A stretch of DNA of 64,000 bases from a virus (Duplodnaviria > Caudoviricetes): positions 20,250 through 84,249 of the IMG/VR virus record IMGVR_UViG_3300037067_009690; one strand, written 5' to 3'. Numbering within the stretch: the first letter of the stretch is position 1; the number at the start of each line of letters is the position of its first letter. The notes under the pieces are model-generated. The model had not been told where the DNA came from. It ran no database searches and saw nothing but the letters and a program-made list of their open reading frames with translations. The translations under genes and the position numbers were made by a program. Below are positions 1 through 9,452 of the stretch, piece after piece.

Positions 1-2
1 TC

Positions 3-128
3 GCCCAGGACGGGGCCACATGGGCCGACGCATCGGTTTACGTCCCCGGCCCGGACTTCGACGTTGTCAGTCTCCCGCGCCCGGACGCCATCCGCAGCGG
101 AACAACCAGCAAGGAGGCCGCCAGGTGA
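3..128 (+). CDS. 3' end of hypothetical protein (partial at window edge)
   Basis: Open frame from base 3 (AQDGATWADASVYVPG...) to TGA 126-128, which overlaps the next GTG (GTGA coupling). Confidence 0.5.
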   Translation, partial: AQDGATWADASVYVPGPDFDVVSLPRPDAIRSGTTSKEAAR

Positions 129-436
129 CTGAGACCCCGATGACCGCCGAGGAGTTCGGTGGCCGCGAATACAACGGGCTGCTCGTCCAGCCGCTCACCG
201 ACGACGGCGAACTGTATGTCGCACACGGACACGTCGGAATGACCCAGTTCATTCGCGCCATCCAGGAATGCGACCTAGCCGACTGTGGTGACGGCCTGCC
301 GGATCTCACGGTCGACGACATCGACCACAGGTGGGCGACCCGAGTTAGCGGTGATGGCGTCGAGTACGAATGGCGCATCGATTGGTGCCAGTCGAACACG
401 CCCGGAGCGTTCCCCGTCACCACATGGCAAGCCTGA
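125..436 (+). CDS. hypothetical phage protein
   Basis: AAGGAGG RBS at about 111-117, GTGA overlap start. Confidence 0.7.
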   Translation: MTETPMTAEEFGGREYNGLLVQPLTDDGELYVAHGHVGMTQFIRAIQECDLADCGDGLPDLTVDDIDHRWATRVSGDGVEYEWRIDWCQSNTPGAFPVTTWQA

Positions 437-445
437 GGAGGATTA

Positions 446-763
446 GTGACCATGTATGCGCTTACCGAGGACATCGGTACCGGGATTCGGGCGATCGTCG
501 GCAATGGCCAGCGGCTCGAGTTCCCACCCGAGGACGGCCCGATGCTCGCGGACCTCCTCCACGACCAGTGGCCGCAGTGCGCCGGCGGCTGCGAGGCCCG
601 CGAGGACGTCTGTGAATGCTGCAATTTCTGCCCGGATTGCGGGTCCTGCGAGGAATGCAAGGACGAGGAATGCCCCGAGTGTGGCACCGAAGTCCCTGAG
701 GACGACATCTGCGATGACTGCGGGCACTGTACCGACTGCTGCGCATGCGAGGAGACTGCCTGA
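446..763 (+). CDS. cysteine-rich acidic metal-binding protein
   Basis: 17 Cys in the last ~61 aa, mostly CxxC; AGGAGG RBS; TGATG coupling to PNKP. Confidence 0.7.
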   Translation: MTMYALTEDIGTGIRAIVGNGQRLEFPPEDGPMLADLLHDQWPQCAGGCEAREDVCECCNFCPDCGSCEECKDEECPECGTEVPEDDICDDCGHCTDCCACEETA

Positions 764-1683
764 TGCCGACGCTGATCATCACCCGAGGCCTGCCGGGGTG
801 CGGGAAAACAACGCGGGCCGTCACGTGGGTCGCCGAGGACCCCGTTGGCAGGGCGCGTGTGAACCGGGACGACCTGCGGTCCATGGCCCACGACGGGGCG
901 TGGATCGGCCGGGACGCTGGGACTCCAGGGACGGAGCGGGCGATCACCGGCGCGCGGGACGCGGCCATCACGGCCATGCTGTCCGCCAGCGTGGACGTGG
1001 TGTGTGATGACACGAATCTCCCGGCGCGTGTTGTCCGGGACCTCATGGCCCTGGCTGGGCGGTGTGGCGCGCAGGTCGAGGTGTGGGACATGACCGACGT
1101 GGACGTGGACGTGTGTGTCGAGCGGGACGCGACAAGGGCGGGGAGTGCCCAGGTCGGGGCCGCCGTGATCCGCGGCCTGCACAACCGGCACATCGCTGGC
1201 CGCGCCTGTCCGCTGCCCGTCCCGGAGCCCAAGCCAGGACAGGAGCCGCCAGCCCCGTATGTGCCGCCCGAGGGGAAGCCGACGGCGTGGATCGTGGATG
1301 TCGACGGGACACTCGCCCACATGTCCGGCCGGAGCCCGTTCGACTGGGCCAGGGTCGGGGAGGACACCGCCAACCCAGCGGTCCTCGATTTCGTGAATAC
1401 GGTCGCTCACCGACGCACGGTGATCGTCATGTCCGGCAGGGATGGGTCGTGTCGGGATGCGACGGAGGAATGGCTCCGTGACAACTTTGTTGCATTCGAT
1501 CTGCTGCTCATGCGCGCCGAAGGGGATATGCGCGACGACACGATTGTGAAACGCGAGTTGTTCGACCAGCACATCCGCGACCGGTTCCAAGTGGTCGGCG
1601 TGCTCGACGACCGGAACAAGGTCGTCGCAATGTGGCGGGCAATGGGGATCCCCTGTTTCCAGGTCGCCGAGGGGGACTTCTGA
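763..1683 (+). CDS. polynucleotide kinase / 3'-phosphatase (T4 PseT-like)
   Basis: P-loop GLPGCGKT, RVNRDDLR, HAD motif DVDGTLA, C-terminal DDRNKVVAMWR..GIPCFQVAEGDF. Confidence 0.92.
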   Translation: MPTLIITRGLPGCGKTTRAVTWVAEDPVGRARVNRDDLRSMAHDGAWIGRDAGTPGTERAITGARDAAITAMLSASVDVVCDDTNLPARVVRDLMALAGRCGAQVEVWDMTDVDVDVCVERDATRAGSAQVGAAVIRGLHNRHIAGRACPLPVPEPKPGQEPPAPYVPPEGKPTAWIVDVDGTLAHMSGRSPFDWARVGEDTANPAVLDFVNTVAHRRTVIVMSGRDGSCRDATEEWLRDNFVAFDLLLMRAEGDMRDDTIVKRELFDQHIRDRFQVVGVLDDRNKVVAMWRAMGIPCFQVAEGDF

Positions 1684-1820
1684 TGGCAACGATCATCATC
1701 ACGTGTAACCGGTGCGGCGGGCAGGCCACTACCACGTCTGTAGCCGAAACAATGGCATGGGATGAGTCCCACGACGCCCATTGCCCCGCACTAACCGGCA
1801 GCGAGGACAATGGATCGTGA
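1683..1820 (+). CDS. small Zn-finger-like hypothetical protein
   Basis: CxxC...HxxxC; coupled to genes at both ends. Confidence 0.55.
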   Translation: MATIIITCNRCGGQATTTSVAETMAWDESHDAHCPALTGSEDNGS

Positions 1821-2896
1821 GCGCCAATACCAGCATCGCGTGGACCGATGCGACATGGTCGCCGGTTTCCGGGTGCACACGATTGTCGCCCGGCTGTGAG
1901 AACTGCTACATCGACCGGACTCCGCCGCTGCGGATGGCGCGGCGCAGGTTCGACCGCCCGGGTGTCGGCGGGACCACAGGGGTCCTGCTGCACCCGGAGC
2001 GCCTCGGGCAGCCGCTCCGCTGGCGGAAGCCACGCCGGGTGTTCGTGTGCTCAATGTCGGACCTGTTCCACGACTCCGTCCCCGACGGGTTCATCGCCCA
2101 AGTCTGGGACGTGATGGGGCAGTGTCCCCAGCACACATTCCAGATCCTCACCAAGCGCCCCGCGCGGATGAGGTCCTGGGTGACCCGCTGGGCCGACACC
2201 ATCAGTGACGCCGGCATGGTTCCTGGGTTTCCGTCGGCCCGGGGCCCTGAGGCCGTCCGCGGCACCTACACGTCCGGCAGGGCGCGGCTGTTCGCCGACA
2301 TGCTCGACTCGATGGGTGACCCGCCGGACGGCTGCGCGTACCCGCTGTACGACTGGATGGAGGGGCAGCGGTTCTGGCCGGCCGTCCTCCCGAATGTGCA
2401 TCTGGGTGTGACAGCGGAGGACCAGGACCGAGCGGACCAGCGGATCCCTGTCCTCTTCGACACGCCAGCGGCCGTCAGGTGGGTGTCCGTGGAGCCGATG
2501 CTCGGGCCGATCGACCTGGGCGGTGTCGCTGGCATCGACGCGCTTCACCCGGACTGGATGGGCGGCGCGGGTGGCGGCACTGGGGCGAGGCACCCGCTGC
2601 TCGACTGGGTCGTCGGCGGCGGTGAGTCGGGGCCGGGTGCGCGGCCCATGGAATTGGATTGGGCGACATCAATCCGTGACCAGTGCGTCAATGCCGGCGT
2701 CCCATTCTTTTTCAAACAATGGGGTAACTGGTGTCGGCCCGACCAGTTACCGGACGACTCATACCGTGAATGGGAACAAGCAAGCAACGACATTCACGTC
2801 ATCGACCGGCCGCTCAAGTTTCGGTCAACGAAGTTCACGGGCCGACTCCTGGACGGCCAGACATGGGACCAATACCCGAAGGAGACATTGAGGTGA
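1817..2896 (+). CDS. phage Gp37/Gp68 (DUF5131) radical-SAM-like protein
   Basis: TSIAWTDATWSPVSGCTRLSPGCENCY (CxxxxxxCxxC), VFVCSMSDLFH, FQILTKRP, WVSVEPMLG, GGESGPGARP, FFFKQWG. Confidence 0.9.
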   Translation: MSANTSIAWTDATWSPVSGCTRLSPGCENCYIDRTPPLRMARRRFDRPGVGGTTGVLLHPERLGQPLRWRKPRRVFVCSMSDLFHDSVPDGFIAQVWDVMGQCPQHTFQILTKRPARMRSWVTRWADTISDAGMVPGFPSARGPEAVRGTYTSGRARLFADMLDSMGDPPDGCAYPLYDWMEGQRFWPAVLPNVHLGVTAEDQDRADQRIPVLFDTPAAVRWVSVEPMLGPIDLGGVAGIDALHPDWMGGAGGGTGARHPLLDWVVGGGESGPGARPMELDWATSIRDQCVNAGVPFFFKQWGNWCRPDQLPDDSYREWEQASNDIHVIDRPLKFRSTKFTGRLLDGQTWDQYPKETLR

Positions 2897-3513
2897 CAGA
2901 CGTGGGAGTGTACAAGCGGCGTGACCCGGCGGTCCGGGCCATCCAATACGACGGGACATCGGTGTCCGCGTCGCAGGTACTGGCGTTCGTGAACCAGTCC
3001 CGCGACTACGCGGCATCCCGGGCAGTCATTCCATCCGGAGAAACCATTCTCCTGTTCTGCCGGACCGACAGGGTCACCACCACCACGGCCATCACCGACG
3101 GGGACTGGGTCGTCAACGAATTTGATGGCACCATGCGCGTATTCCCGCACGCGTCTTTCGCCCAGGAGTACCAGGCGTGCTCTGATCCCGGGTACATGGG
3201 CGCAGTGTTCGACGACCCGCTGCGCATGGAGGACGACGAAGTGGGCGAGATGGTCCACTGGAGTCTGTCCAAGGATTGCGTCTTGGATTTCATCGATGAC
3301 CGGGGTGTTGAGTCGGAGTTCGTGCCTGCCGTGGGCCCCCGGGGTGTGCACGTCACGATCTCGACCGGCCCGGATTTCCCGGGGTCCGGGGTCCAGCATC
3401 GGGCCGTGACCGCCGACCAACTGGAGGCGTACGCGCGGAGGCTGCGCGGCCTCGCCTATGAGTGCCGGCTCCGCGATGCCGCGGCCTCGACCGAGACGGA
3501 GACCTCGCCGTGA
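2893..3513 (+). CDS. hypothetical phage protein (AIQYDG...GDWVV family)
   Basis: GTGA coupling; common phage motif VRAIQYDG..GDWVV..F..F..EY. Confidence 0.65.
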   Translation: MTDVGVYKRRDPAVRAIQYDGTSVSASQVLAFVNQSRDYAASRAVIPSGETILLFCRTDRVTTTTAITDGDWVVNEFDGTMRVFPHASFAQEYQACSDPGYMGAVFDDPLRMEDDEVGEMVHWSLSKDCVLDFIDDRGVESEFVPAVGPRGVHVTISTGPDFPGSGVQHRAVTADQLEAYARRLRGLAYECRLRDAAASTETETSP

Positions 3514-4016
3514 CCACTGAGCCGCCTGCCGCCCCACAGGACCCGTCCGAGCTGGTGGCCGTGTCCCTGGCCCGACTGGACGCCCTGGAGGCGCTCCACT
3601 ACCACGCGGCGTCCCTGCTCCGGGACGACGGGACGTCCACCGTGTCGATCGGTGCCCTGGCCGGGGATGTCGTGGCCGTGGCCGTCACGTCGTCCATGCG
3701 GCACGCGTGCGCGTGCACGCCCCGCCTGGTCCGTACGGCCGCTGATATCCGGGCCCTAGGCCAGGCTGTCGCCGACGGAGACCCCGACGCCGCCCCCGAC
3801 GGCGTGCCCATGGTGATACTGGTGGAGGACTGTGACGTGCCGCGTGTATGGACGGTGGTCGGCGTACTGCACGGTGACCCAGGTGACCCGCCGACTGTGT
3901 ATATGACGGAGTGCTGGGGTCGGAACACCCGGTGGCTCACTGACCGCGCCACTGACGATGGGATCGCCGGCCACGGCCCGTGGCGGGTTGCGTGGAGCAG
4001 GGGAGTGCAGTGGTGA
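3510..4016 (+). CDS. hypothetical protein
   Basis: GTGA-coupled ORF in operon. Confidence 0.6.
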   Translation: MTTEPPAAPQDPSELVAVSLARLDALEALHYHAASLLRDDGTSTVSIGALAGDVVAVAVTSSMRHACACTPRLVRTAADIRALGQAVADGDPDAAPDGVPMVILVEDCDVPRVWTVVGVLHGDPGDPPTVYMTECWGRNTRWLTDRATDDGIAGHGPWRVAWSRGVQW

Positions 4017-4375
4017 GCGTGCGGACAGGACTCGGGGCGATGCGGGTGCAGGTGTGGTGCTGCGTGGTACCAGCGCACCGGATGGTCGAGTGGCGCGGTG
4101 ACGTCGCGCACTGCGTGGAGCCCGGGTGCCAGGTGACATCGGATGTCACTGGCGAGTGGATCCGGGAGGCCGCGGACATTGGCGCCCGGGAGGCGCTGGA
4201 GGCGATGGCTGTGTTCCTGCTCGGCGTGTCCGGCGACATGCCCCCAGGCCATCCGTGGCGCCAGAAATACATGGACGCCGCGAACCTCGTCGGCGACCCG
4301 GAGCACATCGACACCGTCATCCGACTCCTGGCTGCGCGACCGGGACGTCCCGCCGCCGAGAATGGGAGCCAGTAA
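4013..4375 (+). CDS. hypothetical protein
   Basis: GTGA/TAATG coupling. Confidence 0.6.
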   Translation: MSVRTGLGAMRVQVWCCVVPAHRMVEWRGDVAHCVEPGCQVTSDVTGEWIREAADIGAREALEAMAVFLLGVSGDMPPGHPWRQKYMDAANLVGDPEHIDTVIRLLAARPGRPAAENGSQ

Positions 4376-4638
4376 TGGGCTGGGCATCCGCAGGAGCCAT
4401 TTTCAACCCCATCGCGCAGGCACTCATTAACCTGGGCGCGCCAGACGAAATGAAACGAGAAATCCTCGGGAAACTGATCGGTGTCCTCCAAGGCGAGGAC
4501 TGGGACACTGAAGAAGAGTCCCTCGACCGGTTCGCTGATGATCCTGTGATTGTGCAGGCATTCGCGGACCACGGCGTCCCCGGATGCAATGTCTGCGGCG
4601 GATACGAATGCGACTGCGAAGAGGAGGAAACCACGTGA
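4375..4638 (+). CDS. conserved actinophage hypothetical protein
   Basis: MGWASAGAIF...LI..LQ.EDWDTEEESL..F..DP motif. Confidence 0.7.
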   Translation: MGWASAGAIFNPIAQALINLGAPDEMKREILGKLIGVLQGEDWDTEEESLDRFADDPVIVQAFADHGVPGCNVCGGYECDCEEEETT

Positions 4639-5396
4639 TTGTCAGTGGTGAGGTGCCGCGGTGTTTCATGCTCGTCCGGGAGACCGACGTTACTGGCGTG
4701 TCGGGGACCGGAGCGGTAGCGGATGGCGTCCGGTGGCCGGACGGTTCGGTGACCGTCAGGTGGCGCGGGGAATGGCCGACCGTCCAGCACCACGACCGCG
4801 GCCAGGATTCGGTCGACCACATCCACGGTCACGGCGGCGCGACCCGCGTCGTGTGGCTCGACCCGGACGTCCTTGACGCGGACCTCACGGAGGCCCGACG
4901 GCTGGCCGAGAACGCCGCGATGGCGGAGGCCGAGAACTGCGACGACGCGCAGCTCCTCGCCGACTACCGGGCCGCGAACAAGCACATGCTCCCGGTCATC
5001 TACGAGGCCGCACGGCTCCGGGCCGCACTCCACGCCACGCACACCACCACCCGAGGCGGAATCGAGTGGCGCCGGGAGTCCATCACGTTCCTGCGGGACC
5101 GGGACATCCCGTCGCCCGATGGGCCTGAGCGGGACAGCCTGCACCGGTGGCGGGTCCACCTCGGAGGGACCAATGAGGCGTGCGCCTGGCGGTTGGAGCG
5201 CGAGGGACGCGTCGGGTGGCCGTCGATCCGGTGCGCCCCGAGCGGACTCCAGGTGCACGTGCGTGAGGTCGACACCCCGTGCGACTGCGCCGAGAGTGGC
5301 GCTATCGCGGCCGCCACGGTGTGGTGCAGGACATGCGGGAAGGTGTCCCCGGCCGGCACCCCACACGACAACTGCGGCGCCGAGATGACGCCATGA
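4635..5396 (+). CDS. conserved actinophage hypothetical protein
   Basis: F.LVRETDVTGVSGTG.VADGV.WPDG.V.VRW motif. Confidence 0.7.
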   Translation: MIVSGEVPRCFMLVRETDVTGVSGTGAVADGVRWPDGSVTVRWRGEWPTVQHHDRGQDSVDHIHGHGGATRVVWLDPDVLDADLTEARRLAENAAMAEAENCDDAQLLADYRAANKHMLPVIYEAARLRAALHATHTTTRGGIEWRRESITFLRDRDIPSPDGPERDSLHRWRVHLGGTNEACAWRLEREGRVGWPSIRCAPSGLQVHVREVDTPCDCAESGAIAAATVWCRTCGKVSPAGTPHDNCGAEMTP

Positions 5397-5731
5397 CCAG
5401 CAGGAGCGACATTCCACCCATCGACGTGACTGCCCACACGTATCGCGTGTCGCCGTTTCCCACAGACAGTGAGGCCGGCAAACTGTGGGCGGCCTGGATC
5501 AAGTCGGATAACCACGGGCGATGGCTGGTGTCGAGCGCATACAGTTCAGTCCCCGAAGAATACCTCACCCGTGACGGATGGTGGACTTTCCAGAAAGGCG
5601 ACGACACCCTGTATTCATTTGAGGACGCCGAGAAACTGGCGCGCGAAGCAGTGACGAAGATAGTCGTCAACGGTATTGATATTCATGGTGCCGTGAAACG
5701 GGAGGTGCCGCGCCGTGGCCACGCCGAGTGA
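5393..5731 (+). CDS. hypothetical protein
   Basis: ATGA coupling. Confidence 0.6.
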   Translation: MTSRSDIPPIDVTAHTYRVSPFPTDSEAGKLWAAWIKSDNHGRWLVSSAYSSVPEEYLTRDGWWTFQKGDDTLYSFEDAEKLAREAVTKIVVNGIDIHGAVKREVPRRGHAE

Positions 5732-5939
5732 CGCTGTCCGGGAGGCCGTGCACGCCCGGATCAGCGACGCCCTGACCGACGTCGGGATCGTCGGCCGGTG
5801 GGCCCTGGTCGCCGAGGTCATCGACATGGACGGCCGCACCTCGGTGCTGACCGTCCCTGCACCGGGACTCGCCGCATGGGAATGCATGGGCCTCCACGGG
5901 CACGCACAAGCCCTCGCGAAGGAGGCGAGCATCCAGTGA
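5715..5939 (+). CDS. hypothetical protein
   Basis: GGAGG RBS, operon context. Confidence 0.6.
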   Translation: MATPSDAVREAVHARISDALTDVGIVGRWALVAEVIDMDGRTSVLTVPAPGLAAWECMGLHGHAQALAKEASIQ

Positions 5940-6640
5940 CAATCATCCACCTGGTCGACCCCGGGGCTCCGGCCCGGCCGCCACTGACGGTCGCCGAGTC
6001 CCACGTCCTCAACGTCCCGGCCGAGACGAGCCGCGCGGCGCTCCTCGCGCATACCCGCAGGGTCGCCCAGCTCCTCGCGGAGCTGTCGACCGCTAGGGGC
6101 ATGCCGGAGGCCAGGCAGGTCCACGAGCACCACGGGTGGGCGTGGCTTCCCGCCCTGGGGGTGGCCCTTTCGCAGGCCCTGGACCTGGGCATGGAGACCG
6201 ATCCGGGGCGGGTTCACGGGTGGGTCGGGGACCATGCGTTCCCGTCCGGGAGATGGTCGATGCGGGATGCGCTGCGCGTAGATGTCCCCAGGTACCAGCA
6301 CGGCAGGACCGTGTCGTGGTGCCCGATCCCCGGGCCCCGAGGCGGGGCGTGCAAGCAACCCGGGAGAACGTTCACGCGGCTAGTCACCGACCCTATGACC
6401 GGTGACTGGGTGCTCGCCATGGTGTGCCCGGCGCATCGGCCCCAGGTCGACGCCGCGCGGATCGCCGCGCCAACGCCGCCACCGAACCGCGGCGGGATCC
6501 TCGCCAGGGTGTTCCCCGAGTGGGACCTCGACGGGTTGTACGGGTGGGCTGACGACCGGTACACAGCCACCGGCGAGGTCCTGGGGGCCAATCCGGTGAA
6601 GCGCCCGAGGCTCCGGGTTATAGACGGAGGGATATCTTGA
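5936..6640 (+). CDS. hypothetical protein
   Basis: GGAGG RBS, GTGA coupling. Confidence 0.6.
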   Translation: MTIIHLVDPGAPARPPLTVAESHVLNVPAETSRAALLAHTRRVAQLLAELSTARGMPEARQVHEHHGWAWLPALGVALSQALDLGMETDPGRVHGWVGDHAFPSGRWSMRDALRVDVPRYQHGRTVSWCPIPGPRGGACKQPGRTFTRLVTDPMTGDWVLAMVCPAHRPQVDAARIAAPTPPPNRGGILARVFPEWDLDGLYGWADDRYTATGEVLGANPVKRPRLRVIDGGIS

Positions 6641-7080
6641 GAGGGCGCGCCAATCGGGCTGTATTCATGGTCGACGGTCCGGCCGCTGGTTGTGTCGAGC
6701 AGGTAAAAGGCAACGTATTCAACGTTGTCGAAAGCGTAGGATCCCCACTCAGTGCGTATACGCAAGACGGGTACCCTGACGTATTTTTCACGTACACGGT
6801 GCGCACGATTGCAATCCCAATGGAACCGATCAGCAAATGCCCGGAATGCTTGTCGCGGCTAGAACCAATAGCATTCCGGTATATGGCGTACCACGATATC
6901 GGGTTATGCGGGCGCGTGAACGGAAATGATCCCGCCGTAATGGCAGCGCTCACGCCGTCTATCGCGTCCTGCGAAGAGACGCTTATCGAGAAGCGCACTC
7001 TGTACTGCAATGGGTGCCACCGCGTCAACCCAGGCCAGATATACAACCATGTCGCCAAGGAGACCACCAAAAATGGCTGA
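6637..7080 (+). CDS. hypothetical protein, lower GC, several Cys
   Basis: TTGA overlap; CPEC and C..CH motifs. Confidence 0.5.
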   Translation: MRGRANRAVFMVDGPAAGCVEQVKGNVFNVVESVGSPLSAYTQDGYPDVFFTYTVRTIAIPMEPISKCPECLSRLEPIAFRYMAYHDIGLCGRVNGNDPAVMAALTPSIASCEETLIEKRTLYCNGCHRVNPGQIYNHVAKETTKNG

Positions 7081-7360
7081 TACGACTGTTGAAACGCTAC
7101 GCCGTCAACTCATTACGGCATCAGAAATGTGGCAGAAACGATCCGACACCACACTGTCCAACACGGGACACGACGACCCAGGCGCCACCATGGCCGCCAT
7201 CTACGCATACACCCTCGCCGCAACTCTCCGGATCATCAATGACCAGTACAGCGAGGAAGTAGCACAGTGTCTCGCCACTGACATCACCGGCATCCTCACC
7301 GATGGTGACTTCGATGACGTCAACGGCGACATCCTCGTCGCAGAAGGCGGCGTCCGGTGA
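7073..7360 (+). CDS. hypothetical protein
   Basis: AAGGAG RBS before ATG 7073. Confidence 0.65.
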   Translation: MADTTVETLRRQLITASEMWQKRSDTTLSNTGHDDPGATMAAIYAYTLAATLRIINDQYSEEVAQCLATDITGILTDGDFDDVNGDILVAEGGVR

Positions 7361-7494
7361 TGTCGACTGACCCGGCTTGCGACATGTGTGGCGGGACTAT
7401 CCACGTGCGGCCCGTGAAGGTCGACCTGGATGTACCAGTGGTGTTGCTGTGCGGCCCGTGCTGGTACGGGATGCTCGCCGGGGAGGGTGCGTGA
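7360..7494 (+). CDS. small Zn-ribbon protein (MSTDPACDMCGG...LCGPCW), 44 aa, not in ORF track
   Basis: TGATG and GTGA coupling on both sides; two CxxC pairs. Confidence 0.6.
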   Translation: MSTDPACDMCGGTIHVRPVKVDLDVPVVLLCGPCWYGMLAGEGA

Positions 7495-7712
7495 CCGCCC
7501 ACGGCCCGGAAGAGTTGGCTCGGTGGATGGCGTGGCTGGGGACAACGGACTGCCCGTGCGACCACCGGTGGAACAACGCCAGGGCGACCCTGCACGGCAT
7601 GTGGATGCGCAACGGCTGGGAACGGACAACCACGGAGGCCGGATGCCCGCACCACGGGACCGACGCCGAGGCCGCCCGGGAACAGCGGAACAGGGAAGCG
7701 GGGATCTGGTGA
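7491..7712 (+). CDS. hypothetical protein
   Basis: GTGA coupling; WLG..DCPC...CP.HG. Confidence 0.6.
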   Translation: MTAHGPEELARWMAWLGTTDCPCDHRWNNARATLHGMWMRNGWERTTTEAGCPHHGTDAEAAREQRNREAGIW

Positions 7713-8272
7713 CTCGTCGTCGCCGAGCGTCTACCGTTCGCACCAGGCTGGTTACATCCACCGATGAGGCGCCGTCTAGACCGCACGCAAGAGCGAGAAC
7801 TGTCGCGCGGCAGGCAATGGATAGGACCGTGGCGGCACCATGGCGCAGCGGTGGCGACGACACCAGTAGCGCAACGGCGAAGCCGCGCCTTAAGGAAACG
7901 AAACCATCCGCAGCGAAACCTAGGGGTAAGACGAGGAGGCTCCGGCAATCGGAAGTCTGGGAGTCGAGCGACCTTAACCGCCCGCGCCCCAAGGTCGGCC
8001 CACTATCGCTTCCACGTATCCTGCATCTGCGGGCGATGCCGTACCGGGAGTATCTGAGGACACCGGAGTGGACGGCACGCAGAATCGGGAAGATCGTTGA
8101 CGCGGATGGGCGCTGCCAGGTTTGCAATTCTCCGAAGGATCTTGAGGTGCATCACCGAACCTATGAGCGTCGCGGCGCCGAGAAGTGGAACGACTTGACG
8201 GTGCTGTGCGCCGAGTGTCACGGGCTGTTCAGTGCGCACGGGAAAATGGTCAAGGATGCGGGTGGGAAGTAG
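7709..8272 (+). CDS. HNH endonuclease
   Basis: YREYLRTPEW..RR...RCQVC...LEVHH.TYER.G.E..NDL.VLC.ECH. Confidence 0.85.
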   Translation: MTRRRRASTVRTRLVTSTDEAPSRPHARARTVARQAMDRTVAAPWRSGGDDTSSATAKPRLKETKPSAAKPRGKTRRLRQSEVWESSDLNRPRPKVGPLSLPRILHLRAMPYREYLRTPEWTARRIGKIVDADGRCQVCNSPKDLEVHHRTYERRGAEKWNDLTVLCAECHGLFSAHGKMVKDAGGK

Positions 8273-8381
8273 GCGAGAAGCCCCACGGTCTACTGCACCA
8301 ACCGGGCCTGGGTGAGGGATAGGCGGAAACCATCCGTCGCGCGGACAGGAGTTATCCATCAGCGCGGCAGTGAAATGAAAC

Positions 8382-8411
8382 GGTCCGCCCGGGTTGCAGC
8401 CCGGGCGGACC
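8382..8411 (-). terminator. intrinsic terminator at convergent junction
   Basis: 12-bp stem GGTCCGCCCGGG/CCCGGGCGGACC; T-rich tail on the minus strand. Confidence 0.65.
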
Positions 8412-8456
8412 AGGAACCAGATGACCCCCTCTAAGGAATCTCAGGTGCGCGCCAAG

Positions 8457-8990
8457 CTACCCGATGATCCTCGCGGCTAGCCCGGCGGGCCACTCCGGGG
8501 GCCACCCGGCGGACACCGACACCAGCCACGCCACCACCGGAACCAGCGCGGCACGCGCCACAGCCTCCGACAGGCCACCGACCTTGAGGCCGACGCCGAC
8601 CCTGCACCACCAGGGCATCACCGGGATCCCGCCGTCCGCGCCGAACAAGAAGTCCCCGACCAGATGCGACGACCACCCGGCGACGAGGGCCACCGCCCAC
8701 CACGGCCCGGACGTGACCCACAGCGCCGCGCCTGCCACCAATGGCAGCGCGAACCAGTGAGTGATCCCGCGGTGCCGCATCGGGCCGCTCTCCCCCAACC
8801 ACTCGTCGGGGAGCCACCGGTCCAGGAGGCGCCACCACGCGGACTGGTCCATGTCGGGTGACGTGTGCCCGGCGGATGTGATCATCGCCAGCGGGACGCA
8901 GAGGACCTGTTGCCACCAGGGGAGGCCAAGGACGTGCCCGGTGACGATGCCGGTTGCGGCTCCCAGGAGAGCGTGTGTCGGGCCGTTCAC
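8457..8990 (-). CDS. membrane-bound metal-dependent hydrolase (YdjM-like)
   Basis: N-terminal TH, PDMD, HRGITH motifs, hydrophobic helices. Confidence 0.82.
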   Translation of the reverse strand: MNGPTHALLGAATGIVTGHVLGLPWWQQVLCVPLAMITSAGHTSPDMDQSAWWRLLDRWLPDEWLGESGPMRHRGITHWFALPLVAGAALWVTSGPWWAVALVAGWSSHLVGDFLFGADGGIPVMPWWCRVGVGLKVGGLSEAVARAALVPVVAWLVSVSAGWPPEWPAGLAARIIG

Positions 8991-9110
8991 TGAGTACCCC
9001 CATCAGGTTAGGTTAGGCTACTTTTACTGTCGATAACTCCTGCTTATCGGCGGTAACTTTTCACAAGAAAACCTTGATCGAAAACAGTTGTGATCTTGAA
9101 CCGTTGAAGA

Positions 9111-9437
9111 TCAGAAACGGTATGGGGACCGCCACACCCGCACCGCCACCACCACGACGCCCACCACGGCCGCACCCCCCGCTACCCATGGCCACGCCAT
9201 ACCCAGGACACGTGACCAGTCGATGGCCATGACCACCCTGGTCGCCGCGTACCCAATCGCGCCCAGGATGCCCAGCATGACCAGCCGGCCGCCGAACAGG
9301 GTCCGTAGCCATGACCGCTTGCCCAGCTCGATCTGAGCGAACCCCTTGGTCTGCTGGTCACCGATGAGCATGGCCAGGTGCGGGTGTCGTGTCCCGAACT
9401 CCTCGCGGGCACCCGCGCGACGCAACGGACTGGGCAT
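9111..9437 (-). CDS. small membrane protein (spread/Spd-like position)
   Basis: two C-terminal TM segments; in tra operon. Confidence 0.65.
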   Translation of the reverse strand: MPSPLRRAGAREEFGTRHPHLAMLIGDQQTKGFAQIELGKRSWLRTLFGGRLVMLGILGAIGYAATRVVMAIDWSRVLGMAWPWVAGGAAVVGVVVVAVRVWRSPYRF

Positions 9438-9452
9438 GAGGTCCTCCCCTGG

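Noticed and set aside
67-1689. Long antisense/alternate-frame ORFs (also 34156-35319, 58927-60309, 50358-51326 and many others)
   Set aside because: Shadow ORFs of high-GC coding genes: no RBS, Arg/Pro-rich nonsense composition, overlapping well-supported genes
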